IMG/VR virus record: IMGVR_UViG_3300035228_000987
Span: 908-64,907 of that record
Length of the DNA stretch: 64,000 bases
Direction: 5' to 3' (one strand)
From: a virus
Lineage: Duplodnaviria; Caudoviricetes
The notes beneath the pieces were generated by a model, which searched no databases, was not told the DNA's origin, and saw nothing but the letters and a program-made list of their open reading frames with translations. The translations under genes were made by a program, and so were the position numbers. Positions 36,267-46,309 of the stretch are shown here, in pieces. Within the stretch, counting starts at the first letter, position 1, and every line of letters starts with the position of its first letter.

Positions 36267-37790
36267 ATGCCTGCACCTACATTAAAATTTAAACGGGGTT
36301 TATTATCAAACCTTCCAGTATTGAATAGTGGTGAACCAGGGTTTACTACAGATTTTCATGATTTTTACGTTGGAAGTGCTCAAGGTAATAAACTTATTGG
36401 TAGCGGAAGATTTTGGACTACCGAAACTGCAGCAACTGGTGGGGCAGTTAAAGTATATGAAGCAACTGCTAATGGAACTAACTCAGTTTCTTTTGCTGCA
36501 CCAGCAAACTTAGCATCAGATATAACTTATACATTCCCAGCATCACCGACTAACAATTTCTTCTTAAAAACAAATGGATCTGGTGATCTATCTTGGGCAG
36601 CGGTTGTTAGTTCATTTTCAATCTCAGCAGACTCTGGATCAAATGATACTGTAAATACTGGAGAGACACTAAATTTTGCTGGTACATCCAATGAAATTGA
36701 GACCTCAGTAAGTGATAATCAAGTTCAAATTGGTCTTCCAGATAATGTAACAATCTCTGGAAACCTAACAATTAATGGTGACTTCCTCGTTGAGGGATCA
36801 GAAACAATTATCAATACTCAACGATTAGACGTTGAGGATAAAAAAATTGGTATTGGATCAACTTCAAGTCCATCAGATTCAACAGCTGATGGTGCTGGTA
36901 TTGAAGTTTATGGTGCTAATAATTACAACATTCTTTGGCAGAATGATACAGATTCGTGGGAAGTAAATCAAAACTTCTCACCAAGTGTTGATGATACTTA
37001 TGATCTTGGTAGAAGTGATCAACAATGGAGAAATTTATATGTTGATGGACTTGCAGAACTAGATGCTGTCAATGTTTCTGTTGCAGCAACAATCGCATCC
37101 CTATCTCTGGTTGATGGTGTTGCAGTAGCAACTATTCTTGATGAAGATAATCTTAACTCCGATAGGGATGATGCACTAGCAACCCAACAGTCAATTAAGG
37201 CATATGTTGACACTCAAATATCTGCACAAGATCTTGATGTTGCAGGTGATAGTGGTACTGGAGCAGTAGACCTTGATAGTCAATCATTGACAATTGCGGG
37301 AACTGCGAATGAGATTGTAACATTAGCGTCTGGACAAACTGTTACTGTTGGATTACCTGATGATGTAACTGTAGGTGCCGCATTAACAGTTGCGGGTGCA
37401 TTAGATATCAATGGTGGCGCAGATATTTCTGGTGGAGAAACCACAATATCGTCAGCGACTATTAGTGATCTAACCTCGGGTAGAGTTGTTCTTGCAGGGG
37501 CAAGTGGTGCTCTAGATGACAGTACAAATCTAACCTATGGTGGTGGGGGACTGATAATTGGTGCTGGTGGTCTAAATGTCACTGGAGTATCAACATTCTC
37601 TTCAACTGTTGATGTCAATGGATTACTGGATGCTATTGACGTTAATGTTTCTGGAGCAGCAACAGTTAGTGGAAACATGAAGATTGGATCCTTGAATGTT
37701 AACGATGATGCTGGCGATTCTCTGGTTATAACTTATAGTGGTGGAGAAAGAATTCTTCAAAATATTACAGTTGATGCTGGATCATTCTGA
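36267..37790 (+). CDS. Tail fibre-like structural protein
   Basis: N-terminal LKFKRG..GEPGFTTD anchor domain; GDSGT repeats, LATQQSIKAYVD, C-terminal DAGSF. Confidence 0.8.
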   Translation: MPAPTLKFKRGLLSNLPVLNSGEPGFTTDFHDFYVGSAQGNKLIGSGRFWTTETAATGGAVKVYEATANGTNSVSFAAPANLASDITYTFPASPTNNFFLKTNGSGDLSWAAVVSSFSISADSGSNDTVNTGETLNFAGTSNEIETSVSDNQVQIGLPDNVTISGNLTINGDFLVEGSETIINTQRLDVEDKKIGIGSTSSPSDSTADGAGIEVYGANNYNILWQNDTDSWEVNQNFSPSVDDTYDLGRSDQQWRNLYVDGLAELDAVNVSVAATIASLSLVDGVAVATILDEDNLNSDRDDALATQQSIKAYVDTQISAQDLDVAGDSGTGAVDLDSQSLTIAGTANEIVTLASGQTVTVGLPDDVTVGAALTVAGALDINGGADISGGETTISSATISDLTSGRVVLAGASGALDDSTNLTYGGGGLIIGAGGLNVTGVSTFSSTVDVNGLLDAIDVNVSGAATVSGNMKIGSLNVNDDAGDSLVITYSGGERILQNITVDAGSF

Positions 37791-37816
37791 TAAATAGTAA
37801 AAATTGAATTTTTATT

Positions 37817-38314
37817 ATGGAAGATCAGATTCTTGAGTTAAAAACTTGTGTAGCAGTATATCAGAAAAAATACTCCGAGGTAGTAAACCTTAACATAGGT
37901 CTTGAATCAAAACTCCATTACCTTTCAGAAAAATTGAAAGTAATGGAGAATACTCTTACCCAAAAAGATGCCAAATTAGAGAATATGAGTAAGTATGAAG
38001 AGTTTTACTCACAACATAAAGAAGTCTTGAATAAACTTTCATCCATAGAAAGTGGAACTAATAGACTGATGATCCTTGATGAACGTATGAAAGATCTTGA
38101 AGGTCAATCAAGTCATGCTATGACTGTCATTTCCGATTTATCAATCATGAAAGATGAGGTTGTTGATGCAATTAGTGGGCCAAAACCAAAAAAACGCATA
38201 TCAAAATCAAAAAGCGTAGACAATAATAAACCTAAAGTAGAAATAAAAGTAGAACCGATAATAGATAACTCACCTGAGGAATCAACAATAACCGATGATG
38301 GTGGTTTTTTCTGA
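37817..38314 (+). CDS. Coiled-coil hypothetical protein (possible fibre partner)
   Basis: Heptad-rich 165 aa ending DDGGFF; late promoter GATAAATA at 37789-37796. Confidence 0.75.
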   Translation: MEDQILELKTCVAVYQKKYSEVVNLNIGLESKLHYLSEKLKVMENTLTQKDAKLENMSKYEEFYSQHKEVLNKLSSIESGTNRLMILDERMKDLEGQSSHAMTVISDLSIMKDEVVDAISGPKPKKRISKSKSVDNNKPKVEIKVEPIIDNSPEESTITDDGGFF

Positions 38315-38378
38315 AAATAAATAACTCTATAAATGGCGATATATATCGCTTCATTTGACGTTATATAACGATTAAACA

Positions 38379-40400
38379 ATGGCATCCCCAATAATCAAAC
38401 TAAAAAGGTCGGCAGTTGCTGGCAAAAGACCTACTCTCGCAAATTTACCTCTAGGAGAGATAGCATTAAACACCTATGATGGTAAACTTTTTGTAAGACA
38501 GGATACTAGTGGCGTAGGAATTGCAACAACTGTACGCACAATAAATCCTTGGTCGGAAAATTTTGTATCAGGTGGAGAACACTCCATTTATTATGATGGT
38601 GGTGATGTTGGTATTGGAACTGATGATATTACCGAAAAACTTCATATTGTAGGTAATGTAAGATCTACTGGTGTTATTACCGCAACTTCTTTCTATGGTG
38701 ATGGTTCAAATCTAACCGGTATTACTGCAGATGCCGCAGTTGGTGTTCAAACATCTGGTGGTTATGTTGGATCTGGCGTTACTGCGTTTAGTTTTGAAGG
38801 AACTGCAGTAGGAAATGTTACTGTTCCATCTTCTGGAATATCCACAATCAACATCAACGCAACCACTGCACTTTCAAGAACTGTAACTAATGTAACTCCA
38901 ACTCAGGATCAAACAGACTTTACTGTATCTTATCAGGTAGGTTTTATTGATGTTTATCTCAATGGTGTTCTACTATCTGGTTCCGATTTTACTGCAACCA
39001 ATGGAACCTTAGTTTCAATATCAACCTCCTTGTCAACTACAGACAACGTTGATTTTATTGCTTATGAAGGTATTAATGCTGGAGTAGTTGATGGTATAAA
39101 CAGATGGACTTCTGTTGGTTCTAGTATCTACAATAACAACAGTGGAAATGTTGGAATAGGGACAGATAAACCAGTTGCAAAGTTACAAGTTCAAGGTACG
39201 ATCAGAGCAACAACTAATGTCGATGTACCAAGTGGAGATATCTACTGTGGTGGAGATGCAGCAAATGGATCGGAATCGGGTATACGGATGCGATCCGCTG
39301 GTTTTATCCATGCCAGTAGAAGTAGTGGTTTCATATGGAAAGGATATACTACAGGAACTAGTGATCCAACTTCACAAATCGGTTTTGATGGTGATGCACA
39401 CTTTCTAGGAAATATTGGTATTGGAACTGATAATCCAGATGATGACCGTCTTCGCATAACGGGTGGAGGTTTAACAATTAAAAATGATGATTTACTTGGC
39501 TATGTCAACCTAGAGACATCTAAAGAGGTAGTTTTTGGACCATTTACCAACTACTTAAAAGCAAGAGGTGGATCAACGCCAGCTATAGTTCAAAATGAGG
39601 ATAACATTGGAAATCTTCACTTCAAGGCACATGATGGGATCCAATACGAAAGAGCAGCTCGCATTGAAGCTTATGTAGATGGAACACCAGGCGCAAATGA
39701 TATGCCTGGTAGATTAGAATTTCACACTAGAGCTAGTGGTGCCACCGGCACATCAGAAAGACTTCGTATAACTTCTGCTGGTCTGGTTGGTATTGGAACT
39801 GATGATCCAGATGGACCACTTCATGTTCTTGACGATACAAATGATACTAATGTAAAAATTGAAGCAACTGCCTCTGGAAAAGATGCAAGGTTGGAGTTAA
39901 TTGCAAATAGTACGGGTGTTTCTCAAATTAGATTAGGTGATGAAGCATCTGCAAATCCTGGATCTATTACTTACGATCATTCAGGCAACTCTTTATCATT
40001 TAGAACAAATGGTACATCAGATAGACTTCGTATAACTTCTGCTGGTTTGGTTGGCATCGGAACTGATGATCCAGAAGAAGCACTAGATGTTAATGGTAAT
40101 GTAAAAGCAGTTGACTTCAATTCAACATCTGACATCAAATTAAAAGATAAAGTTAGAAAGATATCAAAATCACTAAGTAAACTAGATAAGATACGAGGTG
40201 TTAGTTTTGAGTGGAAAGAAACAAAACAAAAATCCATGGGTGTTGTTGCTCAAGAGGTTGAAAAGGTTCTTCCAGACTTAGTTCGTGGTGATGAAACTAA
40301 GACGGTAAACTACAATGGTTTGATTGGTTTGCTAATTGAATGTGTTAAAGAACAGCAAATTAAAATTGACCAGTTAGAGCAAAAACTCAGTCAACTCTAA
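38379..40400 (+). CDS. Tail fibre with C-terminal intramolecular chaperone (peptidase S74-like)
   Basis: IKLKRS..GEIALNTYDGKLF N-terminus, VGIGT repeats, and SDIKLKD..GVVAQEVEKVLP..VNYNGLIGLLIE chaperone domain. Confidence 0.88.
   Translation: MASPIIKLKRSAVAGKRPTLANLPLGEIALNTYDGKLFVRQDTSGVGIATTVRTINPWSENFVSGGEHSIYYDGGDVGIGTDDITEKLHIVGNVRSTGVITATSFYGDGSNLTGITADAAVGVQTSGGYVGSGVTAFSFEGTAVGNVTVPSSGISTININATTALSRTVTNVTPTQDQTDFTVSYQVGFIDVYLNGVLLSGSDFTATNGTLVSISTSLSTTDNVDFIAYEGINAGVVDGINRWTSVGSSIYNNNSGNVGIGTDKPVAKLQVQGTIRATTNVDVPSGDIYCGGDAANGSESGIRMRSAGFIHASRSSGFIWKGYTTGTSDPTSQIGFDGDAHFLGNIGIGTDNPDDDRLRITGGGLTIKNDDLLGYVNLETSKEVVFGPFTNYLKARGGSTPAIVQNEDNIGNLHFKAHDGIQYERAARIEAYVDGTPGANDMPGRLEFHTRASGATGTSERLRITSAGLVGIGTDDPDGPLHVLDDTNDTNVKIEATASGKDARLELIANSTGVSQIRLGDEASANPGSITYDHSGNSLSFRTNGTSDRLRITSAGLVGIGTDDPEEALDVNGNVKAVDFNSTSDIKLKDKVRKISKSLSKLDKIRGVSFEWKETKQKSMGVVAQEVEKVLPDLVRGDETKTVNYNGLIGLLIECVKEQQIKIDQLEQKLSQL
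39747..40075 (+). repeat. 65-bp imperfect direct repeat inside tail fibre gene (39747-39811 and 40011-40075)
   Basis: GG(C/T)ACATCAGA(A/T)AGACTTCGTATAACTTCTGCTGGT(C/T)TGGTTGG(T/C)AT(T/C)GGAACTGATGATCCAGA; 5 mismatches. Confidence 0.9.
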
Positions 40401-40456
40401 AAAAATATTTGATAAATAGATAAAGATAAGAAATACAGTGCGGAGAATTTTCCAAA

Positions 40457-42244
40457 ATGGCGAACAATAGAGAATTATCGCAATTTGCCAGTTTTGTTAG
40501 TGTTGACGACACTTCAGATAGTATCAGTTTTGCTTCAACAATTACATCAGTTAATATAAGTGGAGCATCAACTATTGGTAACGTAGTTATCGGTTCGGCA
40601 ACAACCGATATTGTTGTAAGTGGCGATTTGAATGTAACAGGCGTCATTAGTGCAACACAATTCGGCGGCGAAGCAGTAATTAATACAGATCGAATCATCC
40701 AAGTTGGTGGTGGTACATCTATCACAAGAGCAGCTAATCTTCAAGCAGAAATTGATAACCTAGGTAAAAAGACTATCGGTCCTGGTGTTGCAGTCACAAT
40801 TCAACTCGCATCAGGAGAATACTTCTTTACCTCACCTCTCAAACTGCGTGGAGAAGGAACTGGAATTACCATTCTGGGATTCTCAACTTCAGGAACAAAA
40901 CCAGGAGATACTGGAAACCACTACTATAACCAAGCAGGTGTTCCTAATGGAGTAAACCCAGCGACTGTTGGTGCTGGAAGATCACTTTACGAAACTCTCT
41001 ATGATGGCACATCTCCAGCAGGTGCGTATCCAAACCCAATGGCAAACGGGTCTCTAGATACTGCCGCTGCAAAGTCATATAATGAAGGTATTATTCAAAC
41101 ATACTATACTTCAAGACTTAAGTTCTTTAACTCTTCTGGTATTCTTGCAGCACCAAACGGAAGTTCTTACGCACTCAAAAACCTTGCTATCATTGGTGCA
41201 GGTCAGACAAGTCTTAAGACTAGAAATGGCGTTAGAACAACTGAGGATAGTATTATATTTACTAACGTTGACACCGATGGTGATGGAACTCCAGACGAGC
41301 TAGAAGTTACATCAGTCTCTAGACAGCAAACTGGCGGAAAAGTCATTCTTGAAAACGTTGATGTCTTCAACTTCTATCATGGAGTTATTGCTTTAGATGG
41401 TGGATCAATCATCTCAAGAGGTGGTGGCATCAATATAACATGTAATACAGTTGTTGGAGCATACTCCATCAGAGGTTCATATATTCCATTAGGTGGTTGT
41501 AAAGTACTAAGTAATGGTAGATGGGGTGTTGTTGCATCTAGTAAATCAATTGCTAATGCTAATGAGGCTGTTGTTGCCAATAATCAATATGGTCTTGGTT
41601 GCCACGCCGGGTCGTTTATGAACGTAAAGGGAATAAGAGTATCCAACCACGCAGGGACTGGAATCAGAGCAACTTACGGTAGTCATCTATCCGCTCAATA
41701 TGCTTGGATTGATGGTTCCTATACCGGTGTTTATTCTGTTTACAATTCCACTATCAACGTTTCTAGAACAAGAATTGCAAATAATCGTGGTGGTGGCATG
41801 TTGGCACAGTACGGTGGTGCCATTGTTGGAAGTGCTTTAACAATTACACAAAATACCCTGAATGGTGCAAGAGTGCAAGATGGTGGAATTATTAGAATCT
41901 CTAGTGTAGGAATCACCACTAATGGAACCTATGGTGTAGCAGTACAGAGAGAAGGATATATTTATATCTTTGGTGATTCAACTAGCATCTATGATAATAA
42001 TAATTCTACTGCAGGTGATGGAGTTGCTCCAACAACAACTCAGATTGTTGCACTTGGTTCTGGTAGAATTTCACTAGCAGACTGGAATAACGTTTCTGGA
42101 AACAGACACTCCAATGCTGCAGCACTTTCACCAAATCTTGACACGATGGGTAATGGTAACGCTCTGATTCTAGATACTGGTAATACAACCTTTACTGGTA
42201 TTGGTGATACTTCATATCCAAGAGCAGTTGAGGCAGGAACCTGA
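40457..42244 (+). CDS. Tailspike-like protein with right-handed beta-helix (pectin-lyase-like)
   Basis: VTIQLASGEY start of helix and ~22-aa Asn-ladder repeats (SNGRWGVVA, NNQYGLGC, NNRGGGMLA, NGTYGVAV). Confidence 0.75.
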   Translation: MANNRELSQFASFVSVDDTSDSISFASTITSVNISGASTIGNVVIGSATTDIVVSGDLNVTGVISATQFGGEAVINTDRIIQVGGGTSITRAANLQAEIDNLGKKTIGPGVAVTIQLASGEYFFTSPLKLRGEGTGITILGFSTSGTKPGDTGNHYYNQAGVPNGVNPATVGAGRSLYETLYDGTSPAGAYPNPMANGSLDTAAAKSYNEGIIQTYYTSRLKFFNSSGILAAPNGSSYALKNLAIIGAGQTSLKTRNGVRTTEDSIIFTNVDTDGDGTPDELEVTSVSRQQTGGKVILENVDVFNFYHGVIALDGGSIISRGGGINITCNTVVGAYSIRGSYIPLGGCKVLSNGRWGVVASSKSIANANEAVVANNQYGLGCHAGSFMNVKGIRVSNHAGTGIRATYGSHLSAQYAWIDGSYTGVYSVYNSTINVSRTRIANNRGGGMLAQYGGAIVGSALTITQNTLNGARVQDGGIIRISSVGITTNGTYGVAVQREGYIYIFGDSTSIYDNNNSTAGDGVAPTTTQIVALGSGRISLADWNNVSGNRHSNAAALSPNLDTMGNGNALILDTGNTTFTGIGDTSYPRAVEAGT

Positions 42245-42268
42245 TAAATAATTTTTTGATTTTGCATT

Positions 42269-42493
42269 ATGATTGTTATTTGCAATAAAGAAAGTAAAAC
42301 GGTTTCTCAAATTTATACAGAATCTCAATGGTTGGACATAGATGAAGATGATTTTCAAGATTCTTCATTATTGTCCATATACAAAATTCCAAATAAAGGA
42401 ACTATGAGAATAATTGAAGATCTTGCAGATAATGCAAGTTATTGGACCATTGATAAAATAAAGAGTATTGCTAAAGAAACTATAAAAGAATGA
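42269..42493 (+). CDS. Small hypothetical protein (possible spike chaperone)
   Basis: 74-aa ORF between late promoter GATAAATA (42243-42250) and a terminator. Confidence 0.65.
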   Translation: MIVICNKESKTVSQIYTESQWLDIDEDDFQDSSLLSIYKIPNKGTMRIIEDLADNASYWTIDKIKSIAKETIKE

Positions 42494-42497
42494 AAAT

Positions 42498-42521
42498 AAA
42501 CCTCCTCCGGGAGGTTTTTTT
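42498..42521 (+). terminator. Rho-independent terminator
   Basis: AAACCTCC-tccg-GGAGGTTT followed by a T run. Confidence 0.85.
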
Positions 42522-42566
42522 ATGCCATCTAATAAATATTAGAACGCAAGCCTAGTAGTAACGAAG

Positions 42567-45305
42567 ATGGCAATTAAATTATCCGGATCAACTGTTATTA
42601 ATGACAACAGGCAGATAGAGAATGCTGGACCAATTGGAATTGGAACAACAGTTGGATCTGTAAATGTAGATTTATCTGTAGTAACCCCTAAAGATCATCC
42701 ACTTTTTATGCACAGCACAGATTCATCTGTTAATGTGGTTTTAAGTGATTCCACATCTGCTTGGAAATATTCATTAACTGATAATATTTTTAAGATAAGA
42801 ACAAATGGTGAATCTGGTTCCCACAACGCACTAGGAGCAGACATAAAGCTTGTACTTGATCAATATGGCAAACTGGGGTTAGGGACTAACACAAGTCCTA
42901 GTGCAAGTCTACAAGTCAGACAGGAATCTGATAACTCTACATATGGAATTAGACTTACTAGAAGTGCCGAGTTGGCATCATATACTCATTGGATTGACAA
43001 TGGTGCTAGGTATAATGTTGGTTATTCAAATCCAGTTGGCACTGCATCAACTAAAGCAACTCTGGTTATAAATGGTCAGCAACACCGTCTTGGAATTGGA
43101 ACAATACCATCAGTTCCTCTAGAGGTTGAGGGTAGAGGTCTAGATACAGATATTGCACGCTTTAAAGCAGATTTAGGAACAAATAATAACAGAGCCTTAC
43201 TTATTACTGGACCAGATACCGATAGTGAGACTGCTCCATTTAAAATTCAAACAGAAAATAGTTTAAATCTATTAGTTGATGATAATCTAGGAATACATTT
43301 AGACTCAACTGGAAAAGTTGGTATTAGGACTGACGTAATTGATAGAGAAATTCATCTGGGAGATAGAGTTCAAGTTGGTGAAGATGGAAGTAATAGTTAC
43401 CAAATGTCGGTGGGAACTGGTGATTCTACAAGAAGTGGTCTTCTTATAAATCTGGATAATCTCTCCAATGATGGACATCCAGGAACCACATATGGACTTC
43501 TTATTGATATAGATTCAAACAGTCAAGATGTCATAGCATCAGATAGAAATAAGTATGGATTATTTGTTGACTATGATGCTCGTAATGCACCAAACGCAAG
43601 TAATACTGGAAAAAAAATTATTTATTATGGTGTCAGAGGTGACCTGACAATTCATGATCAGACTGGGATAAGTACGTCTGAGATTTCTCAGATAACCGGA
43701 GGATGGTTTAGAGCAAGAGTTGACAGTCCAGGATATGTTCAAACTGCATATGGACTAAGAGGACAATTCCAAACAGGAAATAATACTGATGGCACAGTCT
43801 GGAAAGTAAATAATGCATATGGCGTTCAGAGTATGGTCATTAATGACTCTGATACTACAGAGTATCATAATTCCTATGGTGTATATTCATGGGTTTTGCA
43901 AGATGATGGCGGAACATTTAATAATGCATATGGTGTTTACAGTAGAATGGATCGTGATGCAGGAATTGCAAGAACTGGATATGGATTTTATTCAACTTTT
44001 GAAGGAACTTGGTCTGAGAAATATGGATTTTATACAAGCAATGAGGATAAGAACTACATTAGTAGTAAGTTAGGAATTGGTAATACAAATCCAACACATG
44101 AGCTTGATGTTGAGGGTGATGTATCTGTTTCATCCCAACTGGGAATTGGAACATCTCCTCAGAATAGTGGTAGTGAATCTTTGGTGATTGCATCAGGTGC
44201 TGATGCAACTGGAATTAATATGTATCCCGCAACTGGAAATAATTACACAAGATTTACTTTTGATGCATATAGAACTGGAACTGGTCAGGCAATTGGACAA
44301 ATTCAATGGCATAATAATAACTCTGTCTTATCGGAGATAAGAGGTATTACCGATACAAGTGGCACCGATAGAGGAAGAATTGATTTCCGAACTAATAACA
44401 CTACAATGTTCTCGGTAAATTCCTCAAATCATATGGTTTTTAAAGGTAATACTAACACATTTATTGATGGTGGATATACTCACGAAATGGGATTTGTGGT
44501 TAATAGTATTCCATCTCTGTGGGTAACATATGATGGCAGTAATCCTAGAGTTGGTGTTGGATCTACATCTACATCTCACCCATTTACTGTTTACTCTAAT
44601 GAGGCAACCTTATTTAAAGGTATTAGACCAGGTGTAAATGCTGGTATTGCTTTAGAATCTAGTGGTGGAAATATATGCTTTGGATCTAACACGGATGGTG
44701 ATGCCGTAATCAGTACAGATCCAAACTTAAGTGATTCAGCTTTTATGCTTAAATCTGATAGATCAACTGGTGACTTAACAATTGGGGGAAATTTAGTTGT
44801 TACTTCTGGTAATGGTATTGACTTCTCTGCAACTGATGATGGATCTGGTGGTTCAAATGTCAGCGAAGTTTTTGATGATTATGAAGAAGGGGACTGGACT
44901 CCTGAATTTCATGATACTGCTTCTGGTGGTACATCATCTGGTGCGACCGGAACAATCGCAGGAACATATACTAAATTTGGAAGATTAGTAACATTAAGTA
45001 TCACAGTAAGTAATCTTACCACTACTGGACAGTCTGGAAACTTGTATATACGAAATTTACCATATACTGTAAAAAGTCTAAGTGGCACCCAAAGATGGAC
45101 TGCTGCTGTCGATTATTCGGCTATTGATAACACTGCCGGTGGTGGTGGAGGTACTCTTGTTGCTTCAATTCAAGATGCTACTGATTATATAAGACTTATT
45201 GATCAGAGATCAGATGGTGATAGCAATAATGATCTGGTGCAATGGTCGGAATGCAGTGATGGTGTAACAGACATTAGATTTAGTATAACTTATATGGAAG
45301 GATAA
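42567..45305 (+). CDS. Long tail fibre protein
   Basis: LGIGT/VGIRT shaft motifs, internal NAYGV repeats and C-terminal GIDFSAT..DDYEEGDWTP domain. Confidence 0.85.
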   Translation: MAIKLSGSTVINDNRQIENAGPIGIGTTVGSVNVDLSVVTPKDHPLFMHSTDSSVNVVLSDSTSAWKYSLTDNIFKIRTNGESGSHNALGADIKLVLDQYGKLGLGTNTSPSASLQVRQESDNSTYGIRLTRSAELASYTHWIDNGARYNVGYSNPVGTASTKATLVINGQQHRLGIGTIPSVPLEVEGRGLDTDIARFKADLGTNNNRALLITGPDTDSETAPFKIQTENSLNLLVDDNLGIHLDSTGKVGIRTDVIDREIHLGDRVQVGEDGSNSYQMSVGTGDSTRSGLLINLDNLSNDGHPGTTYGLLIDIDSNSQDVIASDRNKYGLFVDYDARNAPNASNTGKKIIYYGVRGDLTIHDQTGISTSEISQITGGWFRARVDSPGYVQTAYGLRGQFQTGNNTDGTVWKVNNAYGVQSMVINDSDTTEYHNSYGVYSWVLQDDGGTFNNAYGVYSRMDRDAGIARTGYGFYSTFEGTWSEKYGFYTSNEDKNYISSKLGIGNTNPTHELDVEGDVSVSSQLGIGTSPQNSGSESLVIASGADATGINMYPATGNNYTRFTFDAYRTGTGQAIGQIQWHNNNSVLSEIRGITDTSGTDRGRIDFRTNNTTMFSVNSSNHMVFKGNTNTFIDGGYTHEMGFVVNSIPSLWVTYDGSNPRVGVGSTSTSHPFTVYSNEATLFKGIRPGVNAGIALESSGGNICFGSNTDGDAVISTDPNLSDSAFMLKSDRSTGDLTIGGNLVVTSGNGIDFSATDDGSGGSNVSEVFDDYEEGDWTPEFHDTASGGTSSGATGTIAGTYTKFGRLVTLSITVSNLTTTGQSGNLYIRNLPYTVKSLSGTQRWTAAVDYSAIDNTAGGGGGTLVASIQDATDYIRLIDQRSDGDSNNDLVQWSECSDGVTDIRFSITYMEG

Positions 45306-45345
45306 ATAGTACGCCTAAACATGTTTAGTTTGGAGGACGATCCTA

Positions 45346-45642
45346 ATGGCACTTACCGAAAGAACAGAAAATGACAAGATTGAGATTGTTGGACCATACA
45401 GAAAACTTCAGGTCCGTACTGCAACAATTATTGAAAGAGACGGCGTAGAAGTTACTAGAACATTTCATCGTCGTATCATCAATCCAGGATCTGTAGGAAT
45501 TGGTTCCACTACTCTTGTGGATACCGATCTATCATCAGAAACTTCAGAAATTCAGGGAATTTGTAATGTTATTTGGATCGATGCCGTAAAAGACTCCTGG
45601 AGACTTAGAGTAATTGAGTTAAACGCAGAAGACGAGGATTAA
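45346..45642 (+). CDS. Small protein accompanying YEEG-type fibres (probable fibre chaperone/tip protein)
   Basis: MALTERTENDKIEIVG..QVRTATIIERDG..FHR; SD GGAGG; directly follows the fibre gene. Confidence 0.75.
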   Translation: MALTERTENDKIEIVGPYRKLQVRTATIIERDGVEVTRTFHRRIINPGSVGIGSTTLVDTDLSSETSEIQGICNVIWIDAVKDSWRLRVIELNAEDED

Positions 45643-45643
45643 A

Positions 45644-46282
45644 ATGAAGTTCTTCCAAAACTCCGATAAAGAGCAACCTGGAGATTACTATCCAGAACCT
45701 AAACCAAAAAAGGAGATCAAACCCATGAAATGGTTTATTTACACTGTTGGTGCAGTAGTTGGTATTGCTCATATTGGGGTTTTGGGACATCTGATAAGAC
45801 CTCAGCAATCAATACAGCAACCACCAACATTTAATATCCCCCGTGGTCCTTACTCGTCTTATAAAATTAAGGCAGGTAAGGACGGTTACGAAATTGAATA
45901 TCGTGCCAATGACCCTAAAGTACTCGAGTCTACCAAATCTTTGACACTAGATAAAGAGAAGAGAGGATTCTTTGGTGGTGGAACCGAGAAGAGAAACGAA
46001 TTCCGTCGTGATCAATTCACCATGGAGGGAACTCGTAATATGGGAGGTGCAACAGGTGAAGAGGGAAAGTCTGCGAAAGACGTAGAGTGCATCGTGGCGG
46101 ACGCTGGAGCACGGTCACAAGGTGCGATGGCAGGTAGTGCTATTGCCGCTGGAGTTGCAGTCCCTGCTGTTGTCTCTATTCCATATATTGGGTGGTTAGC
46201 ATCTGGTTGGGCATTACTACTTGGACAAAATCTTGGATCAGAGATTGGTTCTCAAGTTGGATCGGCACTCAATGATTGCTAA
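45644..46282 (+). CDS. Membrane-associated hypothetical protein with glycine-zipper C-terminus
   Basis: Hydrophobic WFIYTVGAVVGIAHIGVLG segment; C-terminal GxxxG-rich helices. Confidence 0.75.
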   Translation: MKFFQNSDKEQPGDYYPEPKPKKEIKPMKWFIYTVGAVVGIAHIGVLGHLIRPQQSIQQPPTFNIPRGPYSSYKIKAGKDGYEIEYRANDPKVLESTKSLTLDKEKRGFFGGGTEKRNEFRRDQFTMEGTRNMGGATGEEGKSAKDVECIVADAGARSQGAMAGSAIAAGVAVPAVVSIPYIGWLASGWALLLGQNLGSEIGSQVGSALNDC

Positions 46283-46309
46283 ATAATAAAAGGGTAATTG
46301 TCAATTACA

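Noticed and set aside
39761-40034. ACTTCGTATA resembling a loxP arm
   Set aside because: Only a partial arm, no inverted partner, and explained by codons for RLRI.
39747-40075. Possible diversity-generating retroelement TR/VR pair
   Set aside because: Mismatches are mostly C/T at synonymous sites rather than adenine-specific, both copies are coding, and there is no reverse transcriptase in the window.
45315-45328. 14-bp palindrome CTAAACATGTTTAG before the fibre chaperone gene
   Set aside because: Single AT-rich occurrence with no supporting copies; not enough to call.
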